Positions 13,701 to 29,240 of a stretch of 64,000 bases of DNA are shown here, in pieces. This stretch comes from Octopus sinensis. Its lineage: Eukaryota. The DNA lies in assembly GCF_006345805.1 (NCBI RefSeq), contig NC_043018.1, positions 4,278,001-4,342,000 of the forward strand, read 5' to 3'. How positions within the stretch are numbered: the stretch's first letter is position 1; each line of letters begins with the position of its first letter. Position numbers and translations under genes: made by a program. The notes under the pieces are model-generated. The model did not search any database. It was not told the DNA's origin and was given only the letters and a program-made list of their open reading frames with translations.

Positions 13701-16499
13701 GTAAATTAGCACAAGATTTTGAAGAAAGGTTTTAATTATTTAGATCACTTTAAACTAGAAAGTTTGTGTCACAAGGAGCCGTTTCAGAGCGATTGGTATG
13801 AAGTAAGGCTGAAGAATAAGTGATTGCTCGTTACTCCAAGTGTTCTCAAGTTTGTCAATGTTGCTGTTGTTGTTGTTGTTTGGATCAAGGTCAGCTCTAG
13901 TTTACCAGACATTCTAACCATGACCATCTCAATCTGGACTATATTATCCATACTACACTTATTAATTATGAAGGTAGAATGTAATGTGAGGGAAATTTAA
14001 ATGCTGTTTCTAACGAGTCAAGCCAGTGAATAGATGATCCCTCATTGGCTTATTATTTCAATCATTAATAAGGTGGCGAGCTGGCAGCATCATTAGCACA
14101 CTGGACAAAATGCTTAGCAGTATTTTGCCCATCACTATGTTCTGAGTTCAAATTCCGCTGAGGTCGACTTTGCCTTTCATCCACTCAGGATTGGTAACTT
14201 ATGTACCAGTAAAACACTGGGGTTGATGTAATCGACTCAGTCCCCTCCCACAAGCTGCCCTTGTGGCAAAAGTTTGAAATCATTATTTCAATCATTAATT
14301 AAATGAAGGCATGTGGCTTAGCAGTCAGGGCATTCGGCCCCTGATTATAAGGTCATGAGTTTTCTCTACTAAAATAAATAAATCAAAGAAAATTGTACCA
14401 AGCTTCCTGTCTTTACGGGGGCAGAGTGTGATATGATGGATATTTAGCTGCTCTTTCTAACCACATACCTGCTCTCTCAATGGCTTGTTACTCCAGCCAT
14501 TAATTGAATAAATAATGTACCAAATGAAAACTTCAGAAAAAACATGAGCAAAAAGAGAATTTCAAGGTGGTGCAGCTGAGAGGTGGGGGAGACACACAGC
14601 AGTTAGGGGTGGATGCAATATCGGTAATGAGGGAGGGAAGAGACAAATTAGTCAGGGTCAACTGAGTGATGGTGGCTGGAAAGGCAGAGAAGTCAATTGG
14701 AATACAAAAGGCAGTGAGAGAACACAGTATGTCACATCATATTGCTTGATGTTCAAAGGATTGCTTCAAATTTACTTTTTTAATACAAAATCAAAGTGGT
14801 GAGCTGACAGAATCATTACTGCACTGGAAAAAAATGCTTAGCAGTATTTTTTCTGACTTTTGTACTGAGCTCAAATGGTCGACTTTGCCTTTCATCCTTT
14901 TGGGGTTGATAAAAAAATATCAGTTGAATACTAGGGTCAAAGTCACTGATTTATCCCCTCCCCCAAAATTGCTGACCTTGTGTCAAAATTTGAAATCAAT
15001 ATGTAATACAAGATCAATAAATGAACACATAACAACATGTAAATAATACACATGCATATTGGTAGGTGCAACATAAGCCTTGTACAAATGTACATTGATA
15101 ACATGAAGTAGTTGCAGATTTGAAGAAAGAAGCCAGGCTTCATACCGCTCATGCCAGCATGTATAAGTCCTTTGGAGGTCATGAATACTGGATCGTTGAG
15201 AGAAGGGTCAAATGCTTCATCGTTATCATCTGTTTCGCTGACATCAGCCTCGCTACTATCACTAGAGAAAATGTTACCTAGTTTATTTGTTATATTATGG
15301 ATAAAAGTCTCAGGCTCTGAGTCGGATTCACCCTGGATACTGCTCTGATGACTCACTGTATCTGAAATAGGGAGATTTACTTCATTAAGTATGTTGTTTG
15401 TTAACATCACACACAGCCAGATGCAGTGCCCTAGCATGGCCACAGCCTCTCAATGAAACAAGTACTGAAGTTGAAAGCACAAAGTAAGATAGAAAACAAA
15501 AGCACATTAGAGGCTCACTAAATGGTTTGGATTAATTAATATGTAATGAAAATGGTGAACATAAAAATAACAATAGAAATTAGTAAGAATCCAAAACATA
15601 ACACAAGTAACAGCTCAGACAAAGTTAATTATTTTCAAAGGATGTCGATTAATGATATTGCTTCTTGTAGAAAGCACTTTAGTAAAGACTGAATACACAA
15701 TTTCTGTTTTGAAATCAATTTAGAATGTAAAGAAAATAATACGAAATATGTGTGTGTATATAAATATATAACTATAAGTGTGTGTGTTGGCATAAAAGCA
15801 GACATATGTGTTGGAACTCCCATATCCTGTGATTTCATTCTACTGGAAATCGCCAGTGGGATGCGTCTGGTCACTGCATTGCCAGACAAATCTTGCTGTT
15901 ATGATATATATAGAATATCAGCATCATTTCGGACACCGATGTCACAAATAATCAGCAGGATTATTAAAAATTAATTATTAGCGACCGAAGTTAATAATTA
16001 ATGTTTAATATGCCTGGGAAACACTGTATTGCATTTATGTTGATGCAGACAAGAAGACATTTTATAAGCAGGCTGAAAGGGAAATGAGAGAGAGCAAAAG
16101 AGAGAGAGAGAGAGAGAGAGCAAAAGAGAGAGAGAGAGAGAGCAAAAGAGAGAGAGAGACAGAGAGAATAACGAGTGCGGTCATCCATTTCCAAGTGTCT
16201 GAGTTGATCGCAATACTTATTTCGGAACTATACTAAGTATATTGATCTCTATTTATCAAATGTCTAAGTTGTACTAATTTGTTTTAAAGTGATGTAACAT
16301 GAAACAGCAGTTTGTATTGGTATGCAGACAGACAGACAGGCACACGCAACACACACACACACACACTCACACACACCACACACACACACACACACCACAC
16401 AAACACAATTCTAAATCAGCTCTAAATTGATGGTAGAAACAAATTTATTGTGAAAAGCATATTGACTGGAATTTTACTCTATGTGTGCATGTATGTATG

Positions 16500-16535
<36 letters not shown>

Positions 16536-17270
16536 ACCTCGCCCGATTCTTTCTCCCTTTCGCTATCTACTTTCCTTTCTCTACAGTAAACATAATCGAA
16601 CACACAGACACAGACCTCTCACCTCACAACTGTCAGTTTTCTGACATCTACCCATCCACAAACACAATCACGCATTCAGACACACACATACACACATTAA
16701 GACAGTTATATACAGTCACACACACAGGCACTCATTCATAAAAGAAATCATTTAAACCCACCATTCTTTTGACCTGCACTCTCTCACCTTACTATTCTTA
16801 TGCCTCCCTCCTCCTACTTCATTTGAACCCTTGAACCTTTAGAACCTTCTAGATTCTTCTACATTCAGCCACTCTGACGTCACTCCTTATAAAGAGACAC
16901 TCATTATCGCCATGGGCTCCTTGAGAGCGGTCAGCTAAAAGTTTTTTGTGCATTTTGATGTCGACATAAGTTCCTTGATTTTCCTGATGAGAAATCTGCA
17001 TAATGTACTCCTTATTCCTTCGGAATTAGGAATATGCAGCCTTCGGAACATATGTCAAGAATAAAGGATATTTGTTAACTAGTCGTTCAACTCCATTCTT
17101 TCATATACTTATAATTTTAAAATAAACATACAAATTTCCGCACGAAGACACGTAGTCTATGCCCTAGGGACGTAGCTTCAACCGTGTTCTTTCTGATGTG
17201 AATTTGCTACCCAGGTATCGGTTATCTTTCGAATTATCCTTAATAAGATAATTCATTCAACTACTCAAAT

Positions 17271-17331
<61 letters not shown>

Positions 17332-17516
17332 TACATACATATAAATATATACATATATATATATATATACACATAGACATATATATATATACATATATAC
17401 ATACATATATATATATACATACATATATATATATATATATATACATACATATATATATATACATACATACATATATATATATACATACATACATATATAT
17501 ATATATACACACATAT

Positions 17517-17547
<31 letters not shown>

Positions 17548-17620
17548 CACACATATATACATACATACATATATATATATATACACACATATATACATAC
17601 ATACATATATATATACATAC

Positions 17621-17651
<31 letters not shown>

Positions 17652-17720
17652 CATACATACATATATATATATATATACACATATATACATACATACATAT
17701 ATATATATATATACACATAT

Positions 17721-17753
<33 letters not shown>

Positions 17754-17760
17754 CACATAT

Positions 17761-17803
<43 letters not shown>

Positions 17804-18140
17804 TACATACATCATATATATATATACACATATATACATACATACATTATATATATATACACATAGATACATACATCATTATATATATATATATATATAC
17901 AACATATATCATACATACATATATATATATTATATATACACATATATATACATACATACATATATATATTATATATATATAAATACACATATATACATAC
18001 ATACTATATTATCTATAGATATACACATATATACATACATATATTATAATATAATATATATATTATATATATATACATACAACTTATATATATATATATA
18101 TACATACATAATTATATATATATATATATATATACATACA

Positions 18141-18176
<36 letters not shown>

Positions 18177-18227
18177 TATATATACATACATAATTATATC
18201 TATAATATATATATATATATACATACA

Positions 18228-18264
<37 letters not shown>

Positions 18265-18658
18265 CCTACATAATTAATATATATATATATATATCTATAT
18301 ATATATACATACATATGTATCTATATATATATATACATATATACATACATATGTATATTATATTATATATTATATATATATATAACATACATATGTTATA
18401 TATATATATATAATATATATATATACTATATACATACATATGTATATATATATATATATATATATACATACATACATATATATAGTATATATATACATAT
18501 ATACATACATAGGTTATATATATATATATATATCTCCATACATACCTATTATATATATATATACATATATACAATACATATGTTAATATATATATATATT
18601 ATACATACATACATATATATATATATATCATAATACAAACATATGTATATATATATAT

Positions 18659-18690
<32 letters not shown>

Positions 18691-18722
18691 CATACATACA
18701 TACATATGTATAATATATATAT

Positions 18723-18753
<31 letters not shown>

Positions 18754-18900
18754 CATACATACATACATATATATATATACATACATACATACATATATAT
18801 ATATACATACATACATACATATATATATATACATACATACATATATATATATATACATACATACATATATATATATATATACATACATACATATATATAT

Positions 18901-18949
<49 letters not shown>

Positions 18950-18978
18950 CATATGTATATATATATATATATACATAC

Positions 18979-19018
<40 letters not shown>

Positions 19019-19119
19019 GTATATATATATATATATACATATATACATACATATGTATATATATATATATACACATATATACATACACATATATATATAC
19101 ATACACATATATATATATA

Positions 19120-19166
<47 letters not shown>

Positions 19167-19270
19167 CATAATATATATATACATATATATATATATAACA
19201 TATATATATACACATATATACATACACATATATATACACATATACATAAACACACACATATATATATTAT

Positions 19271-19306
<36 letters not shown>

Positions 19307-22224
19307 CATATGCATCCAATGAACCGCTTCTGTAGTTTCTTTTTACTAAATTCCACTTATAAGTCATTGATCAACACAAGATTACAGTAGAAGATGTCCA
19401 GGGTGCTGCATATTGGGATTGAACTTAGAATCAACCAGTAACAAATCAGATCTCTTAACTACTGTGCCTGTTATAGAAATTAGTAGAACAAATTTCTTTC
19501 AGGAATTTATTTACACCCCTTTACATTCTGAGTTCAAATCCTGCTGAGGTCACCCGTAGCTTTTCTCCTTCAGGAATCAATAAAAAAAAGTACCAGCCAA
19601 TGGGTTATGCAGGAAGTGCAGCTCACATGGGGTGGCCATTTTATATATAAGTTTATTGGCTGTAGTTGAAGGCTTGTTATGTTTAAGGAAGGTGGAAGTG
19701 GCAAGTTTGGTCACTGCAAAGCTCATCCAAAACCTGTTCTATGTCACTGGTACCAGTTATGTACTGAGGACTATATAATTAACTAGACCCTACATAAAAA
19801 TCTGTTCCTCGTACCAACGTTAGAAATCAGTATTACAGGGCGCTTGGGTTAAATTTGACAGTTTGCATAAAGGGAAAAGAAAACACAACATCCCATCCGA
19901 AAGTGAAAGTGTTTTAAAAATCAAAAAATCATCAAAACTAGATTATGGCCAAGAGATAACAGTTTCCTCAAAGTAGCCACCCTCAGCTTCTAACATGGCC
20001 TCAAGATGGCTCTGGAACTTGGTGTTGCGTTCCTCACAATGTTCCAAGGAAGATCTTTGAATAACTCTTTGGTCTTGGCCACCAGCTGGGCCTTGGTTTT
20101 GCGAGTAGAGCAGTTAGCCTCTTTTTCAACTGTGTCCCATAGGATCAGAATCAGGGAAATTAGAAGGCCAGAAATTGGGGCTGGTGAAGTCATAGAAATT
20201 CTCCAAAAAACCACTTCTGACTGTTGATGAAGGTAAGACAAGGAGTCAAGTCCCACTAGTACAAATATGGCCTTCCAGCAGCAACCCTCTCCAGCCAAGG
20301 TTTGGCCAGAGTCTCTTGGAGCTTCACAAAATCATCCAAATTGAACCCAAGGCTCTGTTCAAAGATGTTGGGTGGCATGATGTGACCCACCCTGAAAATA
20401 CTTGCACAGACCATCACAGTTTGGGGGAACTTGATTTTCATGATACATGGGACATGTATCACATGGAAAAACATGGGACATGTATCACATGGACTGTAGG
20501 CAAACCAGCTGTTGTTTAGCATGTTGTGCAACTGGTCCTGGCAGAAGTTGTCTTTCATCTGAGAAGAATCAGATCATCTTCAGCTGAACAGAATGCCTCA
20601 GCTTGTTCAAGTGTTTCTTTGCCTTCATCAAGTTGTCCTCCTTGGCTGTCAAAATTTGTCCCTTGCATCTCTTGTATAAGTGGAAGTGAAGGTCCTTATT
20701 CAGGACTAGCATTATACTGACGACTCCAATACGCTTCTCCCTTGTTAAAGCCTGGATTCCCTGGATCGGCTCTTCTAACACCTTGTCCTGCAGTTGTTTG
20801 ATTAATTCCAGTGTGCAAATGCAGACAGAATGCCTGCTGTGTCCCTCCTGCTGGTCACAGCTTCATAGTCTCCATTGCAGCTATCCACATCATGTCTAAC
20901 AGCCTTTACAATGGTCAGAGAGCACTAGGTAGCATTTTAAGACTTGGTGTGAGTCATCACAGTGCAGGCAGCTTTTTTTTGTTGTCAGCTAACTTTTTCT
21001 CCGCTACAACTTTTACCTTTATGTTCTCCAACACCAATGGCTGTTCACCAATACATCAAGCTATTCCTGGAAAAAGGTGACATAAAAAAGGGATCATCAA
21101 ATTTAGCTCAGACACCCGTATACTAATGTTGGCTTTGATTGGATCAGTTTGCATCATAAAGGTTAGCTACGTTACTTTCAGAGAGAAAATTATCATAAGC
21201 CATCAGTGAATTGAGTTTGTGAATTCATTTCAATTCCCATAATTGAGCTGCTATTTCAGTTGAATGGTAGAGCCTGGAGAAAATGTCTTGCATTTGAATG
21301 CACCTATATGACAATAAAGTAATGAAAGAATTTCCAAACACTTTTGTATTGTATTTCAAAAAATTGGGTGCAATCAGATCTCTAAAATTAAGCATTGGTA
21401 AGAATGGTTTGGATATTTGGATAAAAATTGGTTTTCATATCATCAAGGCACTTTATGATCCTCATCGACCGTTCCTGGATTTCAAATCTTCAGTTGAGGC
21501 TGAAACAACAAAATGTCATTGGCGGAATTGCTTTTGTACATACACACACACACTGTACAATTCAATGATACTTATACACACTGTCCTATTCAGCAACACA
21601 TACACATTGTTCTATTGAATGACACGCACATATATATTCAATGACACACTTACCAAAACTTCTTTCACTAGTAAGCCTCTTTTTCTTTGATGGTTTCCGT
21701 CTGATAACTGTCATTTCTGTATTGGAATCAGTCTCTGATTCTGAACTACTGGACTTGACACGGCTTTTTTGTAGGTTATTATGCAGATCTTCATCAAAGC
21801 CATCAGCAATATCCATCCTAGTCTCTTCATAGCTGGTGGTGATTGGTTGGCTGGCAGCTTGCACCATCTGAAATAGGAGAATAAAGATGCACATTTATGC
21901 GTAACTTACTTTTTTTATAACTTTAAAATGTGTCAGGGTTTTGCAAAGTTAAAGATATGTACAACAAATAAATAAAAAAACAAAACAATTGTAAACAGAA
22001 ATATGACTGGATTAATATTTATAATGAAATGGTTTAAGACCCCTAACCTTGATTTGTAATTCCCATGGTCGGTACATATTTTCTTTCTCCATTACTGGTT
22101 CAACCAACGGCTCCCAAACACTTAGCTTTTCATTGAAGTAAGCAAGCTCGAGGTTGATTTCAGACTGTAATTGTAACTGGAAAGGAGAAGAAATGGGGAA
22201 GTTAATAATTCACTGGCTTACCTA

Positions 22225-22264
<40 letters not shown>

Positions 22265-22271
22265 ATGTATG

Positions 22272-22305
<34 letters not shown>

Positions 22306-22405
22306 TCATCATCATCAACGTTTAACGTCCATTTTCCATGCTAGCATGGGTTGGACAGAAATATATATATGTATGTGTATATATATATATATATTATATA
22401 TATAT

Positions 22406-22440
<35 letters not shown>

Positions 22441-22563
22441 TGGTAAAAATGGTAAGATAACAAAAGAAGGAAAGTGAGCTCAATATTATGTAAATAGAGG
22501 AATTTATCTGTAAATATAATATGTGACAATTATGTGGTAGCCAAGATATTATATTATATTTAC

Positions 22564-22594
<31 letters not shown>

Positions 22595-22637
22595 CTTATA
22601 CTCATATACATATGCATACACACACACAAATGCACAT

Positions 22638-22680
<43 letters not shown>

Positions 22681-22687
22681 TGCACAT

Positions 22688-22722
<35 letters not shown>

Positions 22723-22937
22723 ATATTGAGATGACAAAGGAATGAAGTTATCTTATTAACTTCATTAGCTTACTGCTGTTTCTGCTATAAGATGCAATGT
22801 GCTCTTAGTTGCATGCCTGAGCATCACTGAAGCATATGTCTATTGCGTTCCACACCAGATTATTAGTATCGCAATGCCTAAGTGAAATATATATATGTAT
22901 GTATGTGTGTGTGTTGTGTGTATGTATGTACGTACGT

Positions 22938-23004
<67 letters not shown>

Positions 23005-23209
23005 TATATACACATATACATACTGACTGGCACCCATGCTGGAGGCACGTAAAAAGCACTCACTACACTCTTGGTGTGGTTGGCGTTAGGAAGAGCATCC
23101 AGCTGTAGAAACTTTGCCAAATCAGATTGGAGCCTGGTGCAGCCTCCCAGCTTGCCAGTCCTCAGTCAAACCATCTAATCCAGCATGGAAAGTGGATGTT
23201 AAACAACGA

Positions 23210-23245
<36 letters not shown>

Positions 23246-26200
23246 GAATTAATGGATGTAGAAGATATAACATACTGGAAACTTTATTTATCACAACAAC
23301 CATTTCAACAGATTCAATTTTAAGTGTTAAAAGCCTGCCTTATCAATTCTTTGCCATTATTAATTCTAACTTCCCACCACATCATAAAAAACAAGGTAAA
23401 GTTGATTTGGTGGGATTTGAACTCAAAATGTAAATGTCAAAATAAATACTGCATTGCATGTTGTCTGAGGCTCAAATTTTTCTCAGGGGTAAACAATCTG
23501 TTACATAAATACCAGAACTTGACTTCTACCTGATTTGATCCATACTGCCTCCCTAACCTCAATAAGATTTGAAATCAGAATGTAATGTACAGCAATAAAG
23601 TAGCACAAGGCATTTGAGCTGATGTTTTATTAATTCTGACAACCCACTGCCCTTAGAGAAAGAACATCTGCGATGAGTGAGAAATATTGGTTTCAAAGCT
23701 GAATACCAGAAGCATAATTTTGGCAGTAAACTCAGTCCCAGTAGTTTGGTATGAGACTGGAATTCTGAAGTGGATAGAGGAGGAGCTAAAGAAGTTGAAC
23801 AAGTAAAGAAAGCTTCTAACAATGCATTATCCATGTGCAGACATTGATCACCTCTACATGGAGAGAGCAAATAGAGGAGGGGGGGAACTGATAAATGTGG
23901 AAGACTGCATACGTATTAAGCTTGGGATTTTACTGAGGAACCCATCCCAAAGTAAGGAAACCTTGTTAGCATTAGTTAGGAATGAGAGAGTATTGAAAGC
24001 AGAGAATGGGAAAAACAAAGCAAAGAGTACAAAAAGGACATGAAGAAGCGTTATGCAACAAGGGACTGCACAATCAATTCCATGTAGCCACAACTGAAGT
24101 TGCTGGAAAACAAAGGTGGGATTGACTGAAGAAAGGAATACTGGAGAATGCGCAAGGCTAAGCTTTGGTCACAAACTGGAGAGCCAGCCTTAGGAATGAG
24201 CAAGTATCTCCACTGTGCTGTGTCTGTAACAGAGTGGACAAAATCATTGCCCATATCACGAACGAATGCTCTAGACTTGTCCAAAACTATTACAAGTTGT
24301 GGTGATATGATGAGGTAGTGAAAGTGCTAGAATGGAAACAGTGCAAAGAGTGGGGGCTAGTGAGAGGCAAGACGTGGTTTGAGCACAAGCTACAGATAGT
24401 GACAGAGTCACTTCTCAATCCAAACAGGTCAGGTGCGAGAGCATAACAGACCAGAACCTAGGGGTAGTGGACAAGATGTACCACACGTGCTATATAGTTG
24501 ATGTTGCTTTGCCCTTTTGACCTATGAATAGTCAAGAAGGAAGGTGTAAAAATAGACATATATAATCCACATAAGTATGAAATAGCCCAGTTATGGAAGT
24601 AGGTGAAGATAGTGTCAATTATAGTTGGGTCCTTGGGAACAGTATCGGAGTAATTGGGAAAGTATTAGAGAGCTGGAAAGAACAGATAGCATGGTAACGT
24701 AGGCTGAAGGTAGAAAGCCTGCTATGCATGCAAGACTCCATAAATTCCAACAAAACCAGAGTTAGCAACAACAACAACAACAATAATAATAATGATAATA
24801 AAAATTAGACCAAAGCCAGATATCCAAATATTTAAGAATCCATGAACTAGATATGATACAACACACACAAATGAAAGAGAAAATAAAGAAAGAATACTAT
24901 ATATGAGTTAGATCAAGACTGAAAACAGAGCTCAATGCTAAAAACAAGATAATAGGTATTAACACTTTAGCCGTCCCAGTCATAAGTTACAGCTACAATA
25001 TCCTTAACTGGACACTAAATGAACTAACCAACATAGACAGGAATACAAGAAAAATAACGACAGGATCTAGGATGCACCACGCAAAATCTGACATAGAAAG
25101 GCTATATATACAACGTATAGAAGGTGGTATGGGCCTTAAACAGCTTGAAAACTATTATAAAATAACAACACTAGGACTACAAAAATACCTACTTCAAATG
25201 CAAGGAAAATTAATACAAATAGCCAAAACACACGAACAAAACAAAAAAACTGTTTTCAGTATTTAAGGAAGCTGACAAAAAAGAAGTCATACCACCTAAC
25301 AAATATGAAGAAGAAATACAACAAAAGGTATAAAACAAATGAAATCCAAACTGAAATTTGAACAGCAACAGACCATGATAAAACGATAGCAAGAAAAGCC
25401 TCTTCATGGCAAATACTGGGCTAAACTAAATGCAAAAAATTGACAGAGAAAAATCCCAGCAATGGTCGAGAAGCTCAAGACTCAAAGCAGAGACAGAGGG
25501 ATTTTTAATTGCAGCACAAGACCAAACCCTCCCCACCAGAAATTACCAAAAACATATAATGAAAAGAAACATAACAAATAACTGCAGAATATGTAGAGAT
25601 GGACAAGAAACAATAAATCATATTATCTCTGGCTGCCCAGTCCTGGCTAAGAAGGAATACATTCACAGACATGACAGAATTGGAACCTACATACACTGGA
25701 AGCTATGCTAACATTATGGAATAACAACAGAAAAAAGATGGTATAGGCACACACCAGAAAAGGTCACAGAAAACGAGAAAGCAACCATACTCTGGGATAT
25801 GCCAATACACACAGATAGAGAAATTAAGGCCAATAGGCCAGATATAGTTGTCAGAGATCATGAAGAAAAAAATACTTTCTAATTGATGTATCAATACTAA
25901 CAGATGACAATGTTTCTCTAAAAGAAACAGAGAAACTTTCAAGATACAAAGATCTGGAAATAGAGGTAACTCAAATGTGGAATCTAAAAACAGAAACAAT
26001 TACCATCATAGTAGGTACATGAGGTATGATAAAAAATATTCAGACAAATACATAACAAAAACTAGTTAAGAGTAGCAACATCACACTATACAAAGCAAAT
26101 GAAATAAGAGAATTAGACCAAAGCCACACATACAAATACTTAGGAATCAATGAACTAGATACAATACATCACACACAAATGAGAAAGAAGATAAGAAAAG

Positions 26201-27908
26201 AATACTATAGACGAGTTAGATTAATACTAAAAACAGATCTCAATGCGAAAAACAAGATAATAGGTTTCAACACTAGCCATCCCAGATATACATTACAACT
26301 ACAATATTCTTAACTGGACACTAAATGAACTAATTAAAATAGACAAGAAAACAAGAAAAATAATGACAGGATCTAGGATGCACCACCCAAAATCTGACTT
26401 AGAAAGGTTACATATACAACATATAGAAGGTGGTAGAGGCCTTATACAGCTAGAAAACTATTGCAAAATAACCACCATAGGACTACAAAAATACCTACTT
26501 CAAATGCAAGGAAAACTAATACAAATAGCCACAAAATATGAACAAAACAAAAAACTGTTTTCAGTATTTAAGGAAGCTGACAAATACAAAAAAAAAGTCA
26601 AAGAACCTAACAACTATGAAGAAAAAGAAGAAACAACAAAAGCTGTAAAACAAACTGAAATCCAAACTAAAACTGGAACAGCAATGGATCATGATAAAAC
26701 AATGGCAAGAAAAGCCCATTCATGGCAAATACTGGATTAAAGAATTGCAAAATCTTGTGGGACGTAATGATCCAGTGCGATCACCCAACCAGACATCAGA
26801 AACCTGACATTGTTGTGAATAAAAAAGAAAGAACATGTATGATTATCGGCATAGCATGGCCCGGTGACAAAAGGGTCAATGTGAAAGAAGGAAAAGTAAA
26901 CAACTATGACGATTTGAAGTGGGAAATACAAAGGTTGTGGTCAATAAAGAGAGTAGACATGATACCAAATAGTAATTGGTGCACTTGGAAGTATCAGCAC
27001 TTGGCTACCAACATGGCTAAAAAAGATTGGTGTGAGTGTGAAGATAGAACACCTATAAAAATCAGCGAATTCTTCGCAGGGTTCTTGAAACATGACCAGT
27101 AAACAAGTGTCACCTTAGTCTGCTGGCTGTGCACAGCTGACACTTTCCATCATACCCAGCAAAATAAGCTGAGAGTTTTTCATATAATAATAATAATAAT
27201 AAAAATAATAATAATAACAGTAATAACAATAATAACAATAATAATGTTTTCAAATTTGGCACAAGGCCACCAGTTTTTGAGGGGAAGGGGAGAAGTCAAT
27301 TACAATGATCCTAGTGATCAATTAAGGTGCCGAGCTGACTCTGCCAGCTCATCACCTTAATAATAACAATAGTATTAAATAGCAATAATAACAGATTCTG
27401 CACTTTTGAAATATTATTTCATTTTGCATGTATAGAATTACTTTAAAATCTGTACCTGGCTTGAAAGGTTTTTCATCTTAGCATCTAATGAAGATTTCAG
27501 GTACAAAATAGGGATTTCATTATCCTGGTTTTCAACTTCAAATACAAGATCAAGTTCATTAATGGCAATATTGAATTTTTCCGTAAAACCATTTGAAACA
27601 ATTTTCTTTTCACTGCAGCCTGTATCCCCTAAAAATACAGAATGAAAAAAATATATGTATATAGTGTATAGATCCAATATAGGCAGAATCAACAGAAAAA
27701 AATATTCCATCCAGTGAGAGATAAATATCAATTTAATACACATAGCGAAAGAGTTAGAAATAGTTTTGTGCTTTCAGATTGCTTGGAGACACATGGCACA
27801 TTTTATAGATATGCCTATCTGAAGTGTCATATAAAAACAGGAAACTATTAGTACCTCTTTCAGTATATGCCTTAAATTGACTGACTGACTGACTGACATG
27901 CATGCATG

Positions 27909-27943
<35 letters not shown>

Positions 27944-28184
27944 GGAAATTGCAGTTGTGATACCTGTGCCGGTGGCATGTAAACAGCACCCACTACACTC
28001 ACGGAGTGGTTGGCGTTCGGAAGGACATCCAGCTGTAGAAACACTGCCAGATCAGACTGGGGCCTGGTGCAGCCTCCTGGCTTCCCAGACCCCGTTCAAA
28101 CCATCCAACCCATGCTAGCATGGAAAGCGGATGTTAAACGATGATGATGATGATATATATATATATATATACACACAAATTATA

Positions 28185-28229
<45 letters not shown>

Positions 28230-29194
28230 CTAGCAGTATTGCCCGGCTCGTGCGTTCTATGCACATACGAATGAAGCTAAACTTGGATGAAGTTCAATCA
28301 AAATTCAGTTATTTTGGTTTTAAAATCAAGCATTTAATGCCCTCTATTTTTGCGCTAATGTGTTCCATTTCCTCAATAGGAAGTACGTAGAAGCGTTTCA
28401 TAAATTTTTGTTGATCAAATAAATGCATTGTTGAATTAGTCTTTTAAATCAGTATTTCTCAACGGGGATTGCAGGGGAGAGTTTCAGGGAGTCACTGGCG
28501 ATGTATCATGATGATCAAAAATCTGGCCTGCTAAAATTTGGTTAAAGTGATTCAAACTGCAGACTCAACGCAAAATGGTCACATTTAATTCAAAGCATTA
28601 AAAATACGAAAAAACCCTCCAGGCTAGATCCTGAAAATTAATTTCTTTGCCGAATTTCTACAATGTTTACGGCGATTCGTTTTTATATCTTGATTTTTTA
28701 TTTTTCATGCAATTTATGCATGCTTGCACGCGTGGTGAACACAGTTCACGTCAAACAGCTGACTGAGTAAAGTTCACTATTCAATGCATGGGATAAGGCC
28801 TAAACAAACACATTATCGATTTTTGCACTTGCGAGATGAATTTTGGAACAGAAATAGCGCAGTTCAATTTTCATTCGCCTAAACTTTAAGTGACCCGTTT
28901 TTGGTGGTTCTACGATTTGTTGGCTAGGAGGAGATGTACCGGGAAGTTAAACACACAGACACAAAAGTTGAGTTTTATATATATATATACTTTATTTAAA
29001 GCAGCAGAAAATTCAACAAAACCTGTTACTCTGAGTTTCCCGTTGCCGCAAAAACTGTCTGATGAACGGCAACGGGAAACTCAGAGTAACAGGTTTTGTT
29101 GAATTTTCTGCTGCTTTAAATAAAGCATATTACTCTACCACTGGTATTTGAGTACTCTTTTTTCCACCTTGTTTCACATTTGTGTGTTTACTCC

Positions 29195-29240
<46 letters not shown>

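Noticed and set aside
17257-19367. Many long ORFs (MYVYIYI..., up to 272 aa)
   Set aside because: Translations of TA/TACA microsatellite with no stop codons by composition. The same applies to ORFs over the (TAA)n, (GAA)n and (AG)n arrays.
20526-21080. Possible large VPS13 exon
   Set aside because: It is a frameshifted DD37D transposase, and exon 21654 joins in phase directly to 15361.
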